Shown: positions 54,603 to 64,000, numbered from the stretch's first letter. The stretch: 64,000 bases of DNA from Candidatus Bathyarchaeota archaeon (GCA_963753065.1 CAVWAQ010000001.1:303441-367440); one strand, 5' to 3'. The notes: a model not told the origin generated them from the letters alone. Numbers and translations: made by a program.

Positions 54603-56873
54603 CTACGAACTCTGAGCAGCCACAACTGCCTGTCCGAATGACAGGCCGCCGTCTCCGGGCGGCACTGAGTCGTGGGTTAGGAAGTGGAGTCCTTCGCTTT
54701 CAACCGTCGCTTTCAGAATACGTGTGATCGTCTCGTTACATGCGACGCCACCTGTGAAACCCACAGTCTTCAGTCCCAGCTCGTTTGTGAGCATTATCGC
54801 GCTCCTGCCCAGCGATCGTGCCAAGTATGATTGGGCCGAGTACGCGAGATCTCGAACGCTCAGCCTCCCGAGACTCGCGAAGATCTCACGAACCATCGAA
54901 GTCGTCTCAATCACTTCTCCATTGAGCACCGGTCCGAGCCGTAGCGCGTCCTCCCCGCCAAGCGCGGCGGACTCGAGCTTCATGGCTGGTTCGCCCTCGT
55001 AGGTTCGCTCGTGACACAGACCCAGGATAGCTGAGATCGCGTCAAGAACACGCCCACAGCTGGTCGTCATCGTTTGCGCAGAGTGCATTTGATTGAGAAT
55101 CATGTTGACCTCTTCTTCGCCATGCCGGAAGTGCTGTCTGCGTTCAAGCAACCAATCTGCAACTTCCGGCTGATCTCTAAGGATGCCGGCGACTATCCTA
55201 AGCGGATACTTTGTCGCAAGGTCTCCTCCGATCATAGGTTGTGGTTCAAGGTGTCTGACGCGTCTGTGTCCGTTGTGGTCCGCGACGATGATCTCGCCGC
55301 CCCAAGCCGATCCGTCATCGCCGTATCCGTAACCATCGCAACAGACGCCAACGATTTCGTCGATGTTGTGTTCAGCCATGAGGCCCGCTACATGGGCGTA
55401 GTGATGTTGAACGGGAATTACTCGCATATTTGTTTCTTGGGCAAGCTCATCAGCAAACTTCGTTGTGTTGAACAGTGGATGTAGGTCCCGTCCGACTACG
55501 TTCGGCTTGCAACCGGTAAGGGCCAACAAGTGTCGCGTCGCCTCTTTCTGAAACTGGAAAGTCTGGAGCGTCTCCACGTCGCCAATGTGCTGTGTCATGT
55601 ACGCTCGCCCCTGATAGACAAGACAGGAGGTGACGTTGAGCTCTCCCCCAACTCCGAGCGTACATGCTTCTTTAGAAACAGCGACAGAAATTGGGGCAGG
55701 GGCATACCCTCTGGATCGCCTCAACAACGTAGCGGTGCCGTTAACCCACCTGACGACCGAGTCATCGCATCTCTGTGAGATCCTGCGGTTGTGCACTAGG
55801 AAATAGTCGACGACATCTCTCAATCTGGCGAAGGCTTCTTCATCATCCTTAATGATCGGCTCATTCGGAGGATTAGCACTCGTCATGACAAAGGCACGCT
55901 CGCTCGTTTCGTCGAACAGCATGTTGTGGAGTCCTGTGTAGGGAAGCATGACGCCGATGTTGTGAAGGCCAGGTGCAATTTGGTCGGAGAGGTCGAAAGA
56001 CGGCAGCTTCCGAAGTAGAACTATCGGCCTTACGTAGGAGGTCATTAGTTCCGCCTCTGCGGGAGTGACCTCTGCGAATGATCGTGCAGCCTCAATATCC
56101 CTCGCCATCACGGCGAGAGGTTTCTGCACTCTAAACTTGGTCTTTCGGAGCCGGACTATTGGCTCGGTTTGGCGGGTAGATGATGCCAGATAGTAACCGC
56201 CATTACCCTTGATCGCAATGATATGACCACGCTCCAATAGTCTTCCGGCCTCGCGTATGGGGTTAGGTGATTCGACTCTCTTCCCATCGCACCTGACGAG
56301 AATCACCGAGGGGCCACAGTTGGCGCATGCAACCGTTTGTGCATGGAATCTACGATTGCTTGGATCCTTGTACTCACGCGAGCACTTTTCGCACATCCCG
56401 AAGTCTCGCATGCTTGTCCGTGGCCGATCGTAAGGTAGAGCGTCAATGATAGTATAGCGCGGACCGCAGTCCGTGCACGTGATGAAAAAGTAATCATGCC
56501 TGCGGTCTTTCCTATCGCGCAGCTCTCTGAGACAATTATCACACATGGCAATGTCTGGAGGTATAACGGAACCTGCATGAACTCGCGCCTCGTCGCTCTC
56601 GAGGATCCGAAACTCATTGAACTCTCCCGTCTCGGGGGGGTGCGTCGTATCGACTTGATGTATTCTGCATGTAGGCGGTTGCTCAGTCTGAAGCTGTGTC
56701 ACGAATCTAGAGATCGAATCTGCTGTGCCTTCAACCATGACCTCGACGCCGGCATCGCCAAGGTTTCGAACGAATCCGACAAGCCTGTTGGCGGTTGCGA
56801 TTCTGTAGACGAATGGTCTGAACCCTACCCCTTGAACGATACCCTTGACGAGAAGTCGAGTCCTCGTTACACC
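54603..56873 (-). CDS. hypF: carbamoyltransferase HypF (start codon unresolved)
   Basis: Acylphosphatase motif GIVQGVGFRPFVYR (in frame upstream of the listed Met at 56738), two zinc-finger pairs (CDNC...CTDCGPRY; CEKC...CANCGP), a YrdC-like domain and a Kae1-like domain. The frame is open up to 56873 with no ATG/GTG/TTG. Confidence 0.9.
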   Translation of the reverse strand, partial: GVTRTRLLVKGIVQGVGFRPFVYRIATANRLVGFVRNLGDAGVEVMVEGTADSISRFVTQLQTEQPPTCRIHQVDTTHPPETGEFNEFRILESDEARVHAGSVIPPDIAMCDNCLRELRDRKDRRHDYFFITCTDCGPRYTIIDALPYDRPRTSMRDFGMCEKCSREYKDPSNRRFHAQTVACANCGPSVILVRCDGKRVESPNPIREAGRLLERGHIIAIKGNGGYYLASSTRQTEPIVRLRKTKFRVQKPLAVMARDIEAARSFAEVTPAEAELMTSYVRPIVLLRKLPSFDLSDQIAPGLHNIGVMLPYTGLHNMLFDETSERAFVMTSANPPNEPIIKDDEEAFARLRDVVDYFLVHNRRISQRCDDSVVRWVNGTATLLRRSRGYAPAPISVAVSKEACTLGVGGELNVTSCLVYQGRAYMTQHIGDVETLQTFQFQKEATRHLLALTGCKPNVVGRDLHPLFNTTKFADELAQETNMRVIPVQHHYAHVAGLMAEHNIDEIVGVCCDGYGYGDDGSAWGGEIIVADHNGHRRVRHLEPQPMIGGDLATKYPLRIVAGILRDQPEVADWLLERRQHFRHGEEEVNMILNQMHSAQTMTTSCGRVLDAISAILGLCHERTYEGEPAMKLESAALGGEDALRLGPVLNGEVIETTSMVREIFASLGRLSVRDLAYSAQSYLARSLGRSAIMLTNELGLKTVGFTGGVACNETITRILKATVESEGLHFLTHDSVPPGDGGLSFGQAVVAAQSS

Positions 56874-57050
56874 TCACATCCAATTCATGCTGGGGTATCT
56901 CGGTTCGGGATTCGACACTTAGTGTCGAACGTTGTGCGCACTGGACCCCCGCCCCGCTAAATAGTTCGCCCTATTCTCAACCTCAGGCGCAGTCATGTCT
57001 CCGCATTTAGACTAGCTACGAAACGCACTTAAGCTCGGCCGAGAGACCGC

Positions 57051-57320
57051 ATGACGCCTTCAAGGTCGGGATATCTTTTGGCACAGACTATGCAGCAAAA
57101 ATCCCTAGTTAGGATTCTTGAAGAGCGCTGCAAGGGGTGCGAACTCTGCGTGCTGGCGTGCCCTCAAGGCAACCTTGCTCTATCTGACAGATTGAACAAG
57201 ATGGGCTTCCACCCTGCGGTGTGGCGCTACGCGGGCACGAAAGGGCCTTGCACTGCATGCGGGATCTGTTACTGGGTGTGTCCGGACTTCGCCATACACG
57301 AGGTCTTGGTGAGGACCTGA
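57051..57320 (+). CDS. 2-oxoacid:ferredoxin oxidoreductase delta subunit (2x[4Fe-4S] ferredoxin-like)
   Basis: CKGCELCVLACP and CTACGICYWVCP. The start may be the ATG at 57091. Confidence 0.75.
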   Translation: MTPSRSGYLLAQTMQQKSLVRILEERCKGCELCVLACPQGNLALSDRLNKMGFHPAVWRYAGTKGPCTACGICYWVCPDFAIHEVLVRT

Positions 57321-57323
57321 CAG

Positions 57324-58388
57324 ATGACCGAACGAGTTTACATGAAAGGCAACGAAGCGCTTGCATATGGCGCGTTGAAGTCGAAGCTCAACGCGTATTT
57401 TGCTTACCCAATCACACCTTCCACCGAAATTCCGGAAACGCTCGCTAAGGAGTTCGGTAACAAAGAGTACCCGGACTTCAAGGTGTTCCTGCAGGCCGCG
57501 AGTGAGCTTGAAGCCGTAAACATGGTGTTAGGTGCTGCCGCAAGCGGAGTTCGAGCGATGACCGCCACGTCAAGTCCTGGTTTCAGTCTCAAACAGGAAG
57601 CTCTATCGTACGCTGCGGGAATGGAGTTGCCGCTGCTCGTCGTCAATGTCAACAGAGGGGGCCCGGGACTCGGGAACATAGCCCCTGAACAGAGCGACTA
57701 TTTCCAGATGACAAAGGGAGGTGGCCACGGGAGCTATCGTCTGATCGTGCTGGCGCCAAATTCAGTTCAGGAGATGGCGAGTTTCCCCAAGATTGCGTTT
57801 GATCTTGCTTTCAAGTATCGCAACCCCGCCTGCATTGCAGGAGACGCTTTCACAGGCCAACTGAAGGAAGACATAATCTTCCCAACAATTGAACCAACAG
57901 ACTACGACGTTTCGAACTGGGCCGTCACAGGTGCGAAGGGAAGAAGCCCCCACATACTCAATTCCATGAACTTGGATCCTGAAGTTCACGCGAAGCACGT
58001 GACGCATCTCGATGAGAAGTACAAGACTATCCAGCGAAATGAAGTCAGATACGAGACCTACTTGACAGATGATGCGGAGATCGTGATTGCAGCATTCGGT
58101 ATCACTTCGCGAATCTGCAAGAGCGTCGTAAACAAGCTTAGGCACGAGGGTGCGAAGATAGGCTTGTTCAGGCCGATCACTTTGTGGCCGTTCCCGTACG
58201 AAGAGGTACGGAAGTTGGCTGAACACGCAAAGCGGTTCTTGGTCGTGGAGCTAAACACCGGCCAAATGGTCGAAGACATTCGATTAGGCTTGGAAGGAAG
58301 AGCAGGGGTCGATTTCTTCGGAAGGGTAGGCGGGCTTCTCCCAACCGAACGAGAGATTGAGGACAAGATCGCAGAGGAGGCGAATTGA
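57324..58388 (+). CDS. 2-oxoacid:ferredoxin oxidoreductase alpha subunit
   Basis: MKGNEALAYGALKSKLNAYFAYPITPSTEI is the typical POR/KOR alpha N-terminus. 354 aa. Confidence 0.85.
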   Translation: MTERVYMKGNEALAYGALKSKLNAYFAYPITPSTEIPETLAKEFGNKEYPDFKVFLQAASELEAVNMVLGAAASGVRAMTATSSPGFSLKQEALSYAAGMELPLLVVNVNRGGPGLGNIAPEQSDYFQMTKGGGHGSYRLIVLAPNSVQEMASFPKIAFDLAFKYRNPACIAGDAFTGQLKEDIIFPTIEPTDYDVSNWAVTGAKGRSPHILNSMNLDPEVHAKHVTHLDEKYKTIQRNEVRYETYLTDDAEIVIAAFGITSRICKSVVNKLRHEGAKIGLFRPITLWPFPYEEVRKLAEHAKRFLVVELNTGQMVEDIRLGLEGRAGVDFFGRVGGLLPTEREIEDKIAEEAN

Positions 58389-59206
58389 GCTTGACTACAC
58401 AGGAACCAAGCTTGGGAGGGTACCGCAGGAAGCTCGGCAAACTCGAGGCCTTGACGGACAAGCCCACTCATTACTGTCAGGGCTGCGAGCACGGCGAGCT
58501 AACGCGGTTGATCGCAAGCGCGATCGAGAACCTTGGGATTAGAGAAAGAACCGTGATGATAGACTCGGTTGGATGTAGCGTGTTAGCGTTCGATTACTTC
58601 AACGTCGACCACATACAGTCGCCTCACGGCCGAGCTCCTGCCATCGCAACAGGACTCAAGAGAGTCAGACCCGACCTCGCAGTCTATACAGTCCAGGGAG
58701 ACGGTGACACACTGGCCATAGGCTTGCTGGAAGTCATGTACGCAGCGATTCGTGGGGAACCGATCTCAGTATTCCTCGTGAACAACGCGATCTACGGAAT
58801 GACAGGTGGACAGATGGCTCCCACAACGATTCAGGGCCAAGTCACGACAACCACCCCGTACGGACGAGATGTTGGGTTCACAGGTGCGCCTGTCGACGGA
58901 TCAAAACTGATCTCGTCGATCGACGGATCCGCATACGTGAAGAGGGTAAGCCTCGCCGTTAGCGAGTTGGAAACTCCCAAGGGCAAGACCTACAGCATAA
59001 AGAACATCCTCGAAGCAAAGCAAGCCATTGAGAACGCGTTCAAGGTCCAGCTGATGGGAGGATTCACGTTCGTTGAATGCCTTTCAAGCTGCTGGGTCAA
59101 CTGGAAACTACCCATCATGGAAGCGAAGCGATTCGTCAATGAGCGTCTTGTGAAGCAGTATCCGCTTGGAACTTACAAGGATAAGTTCGGGATTGAGAAG
59201 AAGTGA
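58385..59206 (+). CDS. 2-oxoacid:ferredoxin oxidoreductase beta subunit (ThDP-binding)
   Basis: YCQGCEHG (cluster Cys), GDGDTLAIG and NNAIYGMTGGQ ThDP motif. 4-nt overlaps with both neighbours. Confidence 0.85.
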   Translation: MSLTTQEPSLGGYRRKLGKLEALTDKPTHYCQGCEHGELTRLIASAIENLGIRERTVMIDSVGCSVLAFDYFNVDHIQSPHGRAPAIATGLKRVRPDLAVYTVQGDGDTLAIGLLEVMYAAIRGEPISVFLVNNAIYGMTGGQMAPTTIQGQVTTTTPYGRDVGFTGAPVDGSKLISSIDGSAYVKRVSLAVSELETPKGKTYSIKNILEAKQAIENAFKVQLMGGFTFVECLSSCWVNWKLPIMEAKRFVNERLVKQYPLGTYKDKFGIEKK

Positions 59207-59802
59207 CGAAGACTCAGATTCTTCTCTCCGGACACGGAGGACAGGGTGTGCTTCTACTCGGGGACTGCATTGCGTACTCTGCCGTGCTCGACGGCAGACA
59301 TGTAGTATACACTCCCTCGTATGGGCCTGAGACACGAGGCGGAAAAGCAAGGTGCTACGTGGTGATCTCCGACGGCGAGATAGACACGCCGATCCCGGAA
59401 GAGCCTGATCTCATGATCATACTGAATCAGCCTTCAATGGACTTCGTACCGATGCTGGGAAAGGGCGGCCTCCTGCTCTACAACAGCTCACTAGTGCAAG
59501 GAGAGCCGCAGCGGGACGACATCAAGAAGATCCCGGTTCCAGCGACTGAGCTGGCCGACTCTCTTGCGAAGGAGCTGAGTCCCGAGATCCTGGGAGACAT
59601 GAAGGATACAAGGCTCGTGGCCAACTTGGTGATGTTCGGCGCGTACCTTGGGACCCCGGCAGGCCAGACGGCAAAGAAGCATCTAGACGAAACCCTGCGG
59701 CACTTCCTTGCAGGAAAGAAAGCCAGTCTCCTCGAACTCAACCGATCGGCAGTGGAACGTGGCCTCCGCCTTATGTCGGCGATGCCCACGGCGAACCGTT
59801 GA
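59203..59802 (+). CDS. 2-oxoacid:ferredoxin oxidoreductase gamma subunit
   Basis: ILLSGHGGQGVLLLG and YGPETRGG are typical of the gamma subunit. Confidence 0.8.
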   Translation: MTKTQILLSGHGGQGVLLLGDCIAYSAVLDGRHVVYTPSYGPETRGGKARCYVVISDGEIDTPIPEEPDLMIILNQPSMDFVPMLGKGGLLLYNSSLVQGEPQRDDIKKIPVPATELADSLAKELSPEILGDMKDTRLVANLVMFGAYLGTPAGQTAKKHLDETLRHFLAGKKASLLELNRSAVERGLRLMSAMPTANR

Positions 59803-59907
59803 TTTTGATCCTGCGCATCGAGTGCCGTTTCCGCGTATAACATTGAGAGCATATACGGAAGCCACATATCTATTTACAAAGTAGCTGCTCGCGGAAGGCA
59901 ATGCGAG

Positions 59908-61260
59908 ATGCCCGAAGTTACGAAAGAGCAGTTGCTTGAGAAGGCGAAGAAGCCCGCAAAGGATGCGATGCGTCTTCACCCGTTCTACAGGGGGAAAGTG
60001 CAAACCGCCCCGAGATGTGTGATTCGCGATTTCAACGATTTTGCGATATGGTACACGCCAGGTGTAGCTGAACCCTGTCGAGCTATTCAGAAGGATCCGA
60101 AGCTCGTCTATGATTACACGAGCAAATGGAATACCGTCGCCGTCGTGAGCGACGGAACCAGAGTGTTAGGCCTCGGAGACATAGGCCCGAAGGCCGGACT
60201 GCCCGTCATGGAGGGGAAGGCGCTTCTGTTCAAGTACCTTGGAGGCGTCGACGCGGTCCCCATTTGCCTCGACACGAAGAATCCTGACGAGATAATCACG
60301 GCCGTGAAATGGATCCAACCCTCCTTCGGAGGCATCAACCTGGAAGACATCTCCAATCCGAAATGCTTCTACATCTTGGACAGGCTCCGCGCTGAGGCCG
60401 AAATACCGATCTGGCACGACGATCAGCAAGGTACAGCATGTGTGACACTCGCAGGTCTCATCAATGCTCTCGAAGTTGTCGGTAAGAAGATTGGTCGAAT
60501 TACGCTTACCATGGTTGGAGCGGGTGCTGCAAACATTGCCTGCGCCCGTCTCATGTTCGCGTACGGTTTGAAACCTGAGAACACCATTGTCGTTGACACG
60601 AAGGGCATACTGAACCGGCAAAGGAAGGATATCGAGGCAAAGAAAGCCGAATTCTCCTACAAGTGGAAGTTCTGTGAGACCACAAACAAGGAACAGAGGT
60701 CTGGAGGTATACCAGAGGCCCTCAAGGGCGCTGATGTCTGTGTCGCACTGTCACAGCCCGGTCCGGGCACACTCAAGAAAGAGTGGGTTGCAAAGATGGC
60801 AACAGACTCTGTGATCTTCGCCTGCGCGAACCCGATTCCAGAGATCTGGCCTTGGGAGGCCAAAGAGGCAGGAGCGAAGGTTGTCGCCACAGGCCGATCT
60901 GATTTCCCGAATCAGGTGAACAACTCCCTCGGCTTCCCAGGAATCTTCAGAGGAACACTCGATGTCCGTGCTCGAACAATCACAGACGAAATGTGCATTG
61001 CTGCTGCAGAAGAGCTTGCAAAATGCGCTAGGGAGAAAGGGCTGAACGCTGACTACATCGCACCAAACATGGATGAGTGGGAAGTCTTCCCACGCGAGGC
61101 CGTCGCAGTCGGAATGAAAGCACAGGAGCAAGGAATAGCTGGTCTCAAGATCAGTCGAGACGAGCTCTACGAGCGTTCCTCAACGATAATCAAGAGATCA
61201 CGAGATCTGGCCAAGAGCATGATGGCGAACGGCTTCATAGCGCCGGTTCCACCGGAGTGA
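59908..61260 (+). CDS. NAD(P)-dependent malic enzyme
   Basis: YTPGVAEPC, VVSDGTRVLGLGDIG, GINLEDI, WHDDQQGTA, GAGAA and ANPIPEI form the short-form malic enzyme signature series. Confidence 0.9.
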   Translation: MPEVTKEQLLEKAKKPAKDAMRLHPFYRGKVQTAPRCVIRDFNDFAIWYTPGVAEPCRAIQKDPKLVYDYTSKWNTVAVVSDGTRVLGLGDIGPKAGLPVMEGKALLFKYLGGVDAVPICLDTKNPDEIITAVKWIQPSFGGINLEDISNPKCFYILDRLRAEAEIPIWHDDQQGTACVTLAGLINALEVVGKKIGRITLTMVGAGAANIACARLMFAYGLKPENTIVVDTKGILNRQRKDIEAKKAEFSYKWKFCETTNKEQRSGGIPEALKGADVCVALSQPGPGTLKKEWVAKMATDSVIFACANPIPEIWPWEAKEAGAKVVATGRSDFPNQVNNSLGFPGIFRGTLDVRARTITDEMCIAAAEELAKCAREKGLNADYIAPNMDEWEVFPREAVAVGMKAQEQGIAGLKISRDELYERSSTIIKRSRDLAKSMMANGFIAPVPPE

Positions 61261-61433
61261 CCACTACCGCAAGCACCAACAAATGATTGCGCTCGATTGT
61301 TGCCAGCGTAGATTTGCTGTGCAACGATCAGGCACTAGACGCGACCGATCGCTGTTGCATGCGAAGACCTAAAACCACCTTCAATGAGTACGGGTACTAC
61401 GTCAGCGGCCGCGCGCGGAGCGCGCGCTGACAG

Positions 61434-62651
61434 TTGGACTGGGTAGTGCCCACAGTCTCTGATAGAATCGATCTTCTCCATATATCTCCTATACGACGTG
61501 TCGCTGGTTTATTGGCTGAAGCTAGGAAGCAGAGGGACATAATTTCCTTCGGCGGTGGCGCTCCGAGCCTTCCGCCGCCTCAAGAAGTCTTGGATGAGAT
61601 GATACGGGCGCTCAGAGAGGAACCCAAGGCCGCATGCGGATATGTCGGCACCCGTGGTCTCTTGGAACTGCGACGTCTGGTCTCCGCTGATTTCGCAAGT
61701 GAGGAAGGCACCAAGTATGACCCCGAAAACGAGATGGTCATAACTGATGGTGCAAGTGAAGGCGTCTTCGCTCTGTTGATGTCCCTCCTCGGAAAGGGAG
61801 ACGAGGTCATACTCACAGACCCAACCTACTTGGGTTTCAGGGAAGCAGCGGCACTCGCAGGAGCGCGCGTCATCTCGTTACCAGTCAATGTCGAGGAAGG
61901 GTACCAGCCGGATGTCGAGAAGCTCAAGACGCTGATCACAAGAGAGACCAAGCTCTTCGTTCTTCTCTCTCCGGACAATCCGACCGGAAGAGTTGTCAAG
62001 GATGATTTCGTGAAGGCACTGGTCGACCTTTCTGTGGACCACAACTTCTGGATCCTATACGATGCCACATATCGGGACATCCTCTTTGAAGGAACATACC
62101 TGAAGATCTGTAGTCTTCCTGGTGCGCGCGATCACGTCGCGGTAACGGGCAGCTTCTCAAAAGAAGCCGCGATCCCTGGGCTCCGGCTTGGATACGTCAT
62201 GGGTCCACCTGTCGTCGCCGACGCCGTGGAAAAGATCAAGCAGTACACCAGTCTTGCTCCGAACACTCTCAGCCAGATGGCGATGATCAAGTTCTTCTCA
62301 GATGATGTCAAGCAGAGATACCTGAAGACCGCGTTGCCAATCTACAAGGCAAGACGAGATTTCATGGCGAAGTGCATCCGGGAATACCTGCCCGAGGCAA
62401 AGCTCTCAGTACCACACGGGGCCTTCTACTTCTTCTTGGATCTGAAGCATTATCTTGATGATATGAAAAGGGACGACAAGGATTTCTGTAATAGGCTGCT
62501 TGAGCGGAAGAGCGTCGTGCTGATACCCGGCTCGTTCTTCGGTACCAACGCTGCCAATCACACACGAGTGACTTTCGTAAGTGAACCTGAGGAGAGAATC
62601 GAGGCTGGGATGAAAGCCGTCGCTGGCTACGTGTTCAGCTTCACTTTCTAG
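61434..62651 (+). CDS. class I/II (aspartate/aromatic-type) aminotransferase
   Basis: PDNPTG, YDATY and SFSKEAAIPGLRLGY (PLP-Lys). The start may be the GTG at 61443. Confidence 0.85.
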   Translation: MDWVVPTVSDRIDLLHISPIRRVAGLLAEARKQRDIISFGGGAPSLPPPQEVLDEMIRALREEPKAACGYVGTRGLLELRRLVSADFASEEGTKYDPENEMVITDGASEGVFALLMSLLGKGDEVILTDPTYLGFREAAALAGARVISLPVNVEEGYQPDVEKLKTLITRETKLFVLLSPDNPTGRVVKDDFVKALVDLSVDHNFWILYDATYRDILFEGTYLKICSLPGARDHVAVTGSFSKEAAIPGLRLGYVMGPPVVADAVEKIKQYTSLAPNTLSQMAMIKFFSDDVKQRYLKTALPIYKARRDFMAKCIREYLPEAKLSVPHGAFYFFLDLKHYLDDMKRDDKDFCNRLLERKSVVLIPGSFFGTNAANHTRVTFVSEPEERIEAGMKAVAGYVFSFTF

Positions 62652-62652
62652 G

Positions 62653-63405
62653 CTACGGGATTTCCTGCAGTGGTTTCTTGGCAACCTGTAGAACGATCTC
62701 TACAGGAGCCCTTGCAGCCTGTTCGATCTTTGCCTTCCATTCGCTGCCTATCGAGACGAGGGCGTATATCCCGCTAACCTCTGCCTTGGCTTTCTGGACG
62801 ATTCGGGCGAGTGCGACTTGGGTTTCGCCGCTGTCAATCACGTCGTCGACTATGAGGACGCAGTCTCCTCTCTTGATGGCGTCCCGAGGCACGAATAGGC
62901 TCATCATGATCGCGGTCCTGCTTGGAATGTATATCTCCTCGATGAACTCGCGGACGCCTACCTCTCGGCTCTTCTTGGCGATGATGAGGCCCACGCCGAG
63001 CCTATGAGCAACTAGAGTAGCAAGCGGGATACCGTCCACAGCCGCAGCCAGGACTTTTGTGATTCGTTTGCCTGCGAAGGCGTTGATAGCATGTTGTACC
63101 GCCCTTTCTAGAAGAAGCGTGTCCGAAATGAGTCGTGTGTTGTCGAAGTATCCCAGTTCGTCGAATCTGATACGCTGCTGTATCTCACCTTCCAGGCGCA
63201 TGATCTTCTGGAGGGTCTGGTTGATCGACTGAGCGCGGTCAATCGTCGGTAGAACGTGTCCTTTGACATATCTGCTGAGCACAGTCTCCGGTAAGCCGAT
63301 AATCTGGGCCAATTCCCGATATGTATAGTAGTTCTTGGCGAGATTGAGGAGTTCGATCGTCATCAGCTTGTATTTGAGGTCAGAAATCCTAGAACCTGCT
63401 CTCAT
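62653..63405 (-). CDS. HTH plus phosphoribosyltransferase-domain regulator (PurR/GfcR-like)
   Basis: N-terminal HTH (YRELAQIIGLPETVLSRYVKG) and C-terminal PRTase PRPP loop (VLIVDDVIDSGET). Confidence 0.65.
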   Translation of the reverse strand: MRAGSRISDLKYKLMTIELLNLAKNYYTYRELAQIIGLPETVLSRYVKGHVLPTIDRAQSINQTLQKIMRLEGEIQQRIRFDELGYFDNTRLISDTLLLERAVQHAINAFAGKRITKVLAAAVDGIPLATLVAHRLGVGLIIAKKSREVGVREFIEEIYIPSRTAIMMSLFVPRDAIKRGDCVLIVDDVIDSGETQVALARIVQKAKAEVSGIYALVSIGSEWKAKIEQAARAPVEIVLQVAKKPLQEIP

Positions 63406-63510
63406 GGCTGTTACATCTCAAAACGAGTCCATTTTCCTGGACACTAACAGGTTCATGCGCATATCTAATAAGACTTTCCACCCGCCTTTGACATGAACCC
63501 ATGGGGTAGC

Positions 63511-63942
63511 CTACCGGCGGCTACCCACGACCCCACGACTGTCCTGATACCGCCCCTCGTACTTGGTGGCAGCCTGCCTCCCGAGCCTCAGCAGCGTCAA
63601 CTGAACAAACCTCTCCCCCGGCTTCAGCCGAATCGCCTTCTTGCCGCCGTTGAAGAGCGAGATCGTAAGCTGACCTCTGAACCCGGGATCGACCAAAGCT
63701 AGGCTCGCAAGTACCCCCTCGCGGGCCAGAGAAGACCGAATGTGCAGGACCCCAACGAGGTCGCGGCTGAGCTTCACTCTCTCCATTGTGGCAACGAGCC
63801 GATGCTCCGATGGCTCCAGCGCTACCTCAGCGCTCAGCCTCAAGTCGTACCCAGCTGGGTTCAAGCTGGCCTCGTCAAAAGGGTCAATGACCAGACTCTT
63901 CCCGGCTAAAGCGTCTTGAATCTCAGAGTCTGAAAGCGCCAT
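63511..63942 (-). CDS. dCTP deaminase / dUTPase-family protein (short)
   Basis: LNPAGYDLRL and VDPGFRGQLTISLFN are the dCTP deaminase/dUTPase family motifs. 143 aa. Confidence 0.7.
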   Translation of the reverse strand: MALSDSEIQDALAGKSLVIDPFDEASLNPAGYDLRLSAEVALEPSEHRLVATMERVKLSRDLVGVLHIRSSLAREGVLASLALVDPGFRGQLTISLFNGGKKAIRLKPGERFVQLTLLRLGRQAATKYEGRYQDSRGVVGSRR

Positions 63943-64000
63943 TGACGATCCTTCTCCGTATCGTCTAGCTAAAGATGGTTAAGGCTTGCCTAGGATCTAT

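Noticed and set aside
56496-56960. Listed 154-aa plus-strand ORF over the hypF 5' region
   Set aside because: It is antisense to the conserved acylphosphatase and zinc-finger region of HypF and has no motifs of its own.
1-64000. CRISPR arrays, rRNA genes, reverse transcriptases/retrons, toxin-antitoxin pairs and recognisable defence-system genes
   Set aside because: I saw no regularly spaced repeat array, no rRNA-like sequence and no RT/Cas/restriction-type motifs in any listed ORF. The only repeats found are the short ones reported above.

Overview
This is an archaeal chromosomal window. The archaeal hallmarks are a tRNA-splicing endonuclease (EndA), two heavily interrupted tRNA genes, an AbrB-PhoU regulator, a delta-alpha-beta-gamma 2-oxoacid:ferredoxin oxidoreductase, HypC/D/F and inositol-3-phosphate synthase. 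A TACK/Bathyarchaeia-like origin is only a guess, based on the multi-intron tRNAs. I call about 60 protein genes, 2 tRNA genes and one tyrosine integrase beside a tRNA. I found no rRNA and no CRISPR array.

The content is mostly accessory metabolism:
- a CUT2-type ABC sugar transporter
- an F420/LLM oxidoreductase, an SDR, a URO-D-like gene and a non-Pyl MttB
- inositol-3-phosphate synthase
- an extended transaldolase-fold protein
- two 2-oxoacid dehydrogenase gene sets, one with fused E1 alpha-beta
- two Zn alcohol dehydrogenases
- HisRS, an MtnA/e2b2-like isomerase, malic enzyme and an aminotransferase

The most interesting items are:
1. A co-directional cluster of permease, class-III aminotransferase, SCP2, FGGY kinase, biotinyl-carrier-like protein and RuBisCO-like protein. 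A decayed duplicate of the kinase/carrier junction lies just downstream of it.
2. A PFL2-type glycyl radical enzyme with no visible activase. It sits beside an HgdC-type activator, two HgdA/B-like subunits and an acyl-CoA ligase, and these are bracketed by two paralogous small proteins.
3. Two divergent tRNA genes that by eye need about 3 introns (Leu-UAA) and about 4 introns (Arg-CCU). They lie next to an integrase and 2 kb from endA.

Technical caveat: at least 7 genes are broken by single frame shifts, including hisS twice. Three of the shifts sit at 4-nt homopolymers. I read these as probable assembly or sequencing errors rather than real pseudogenes.
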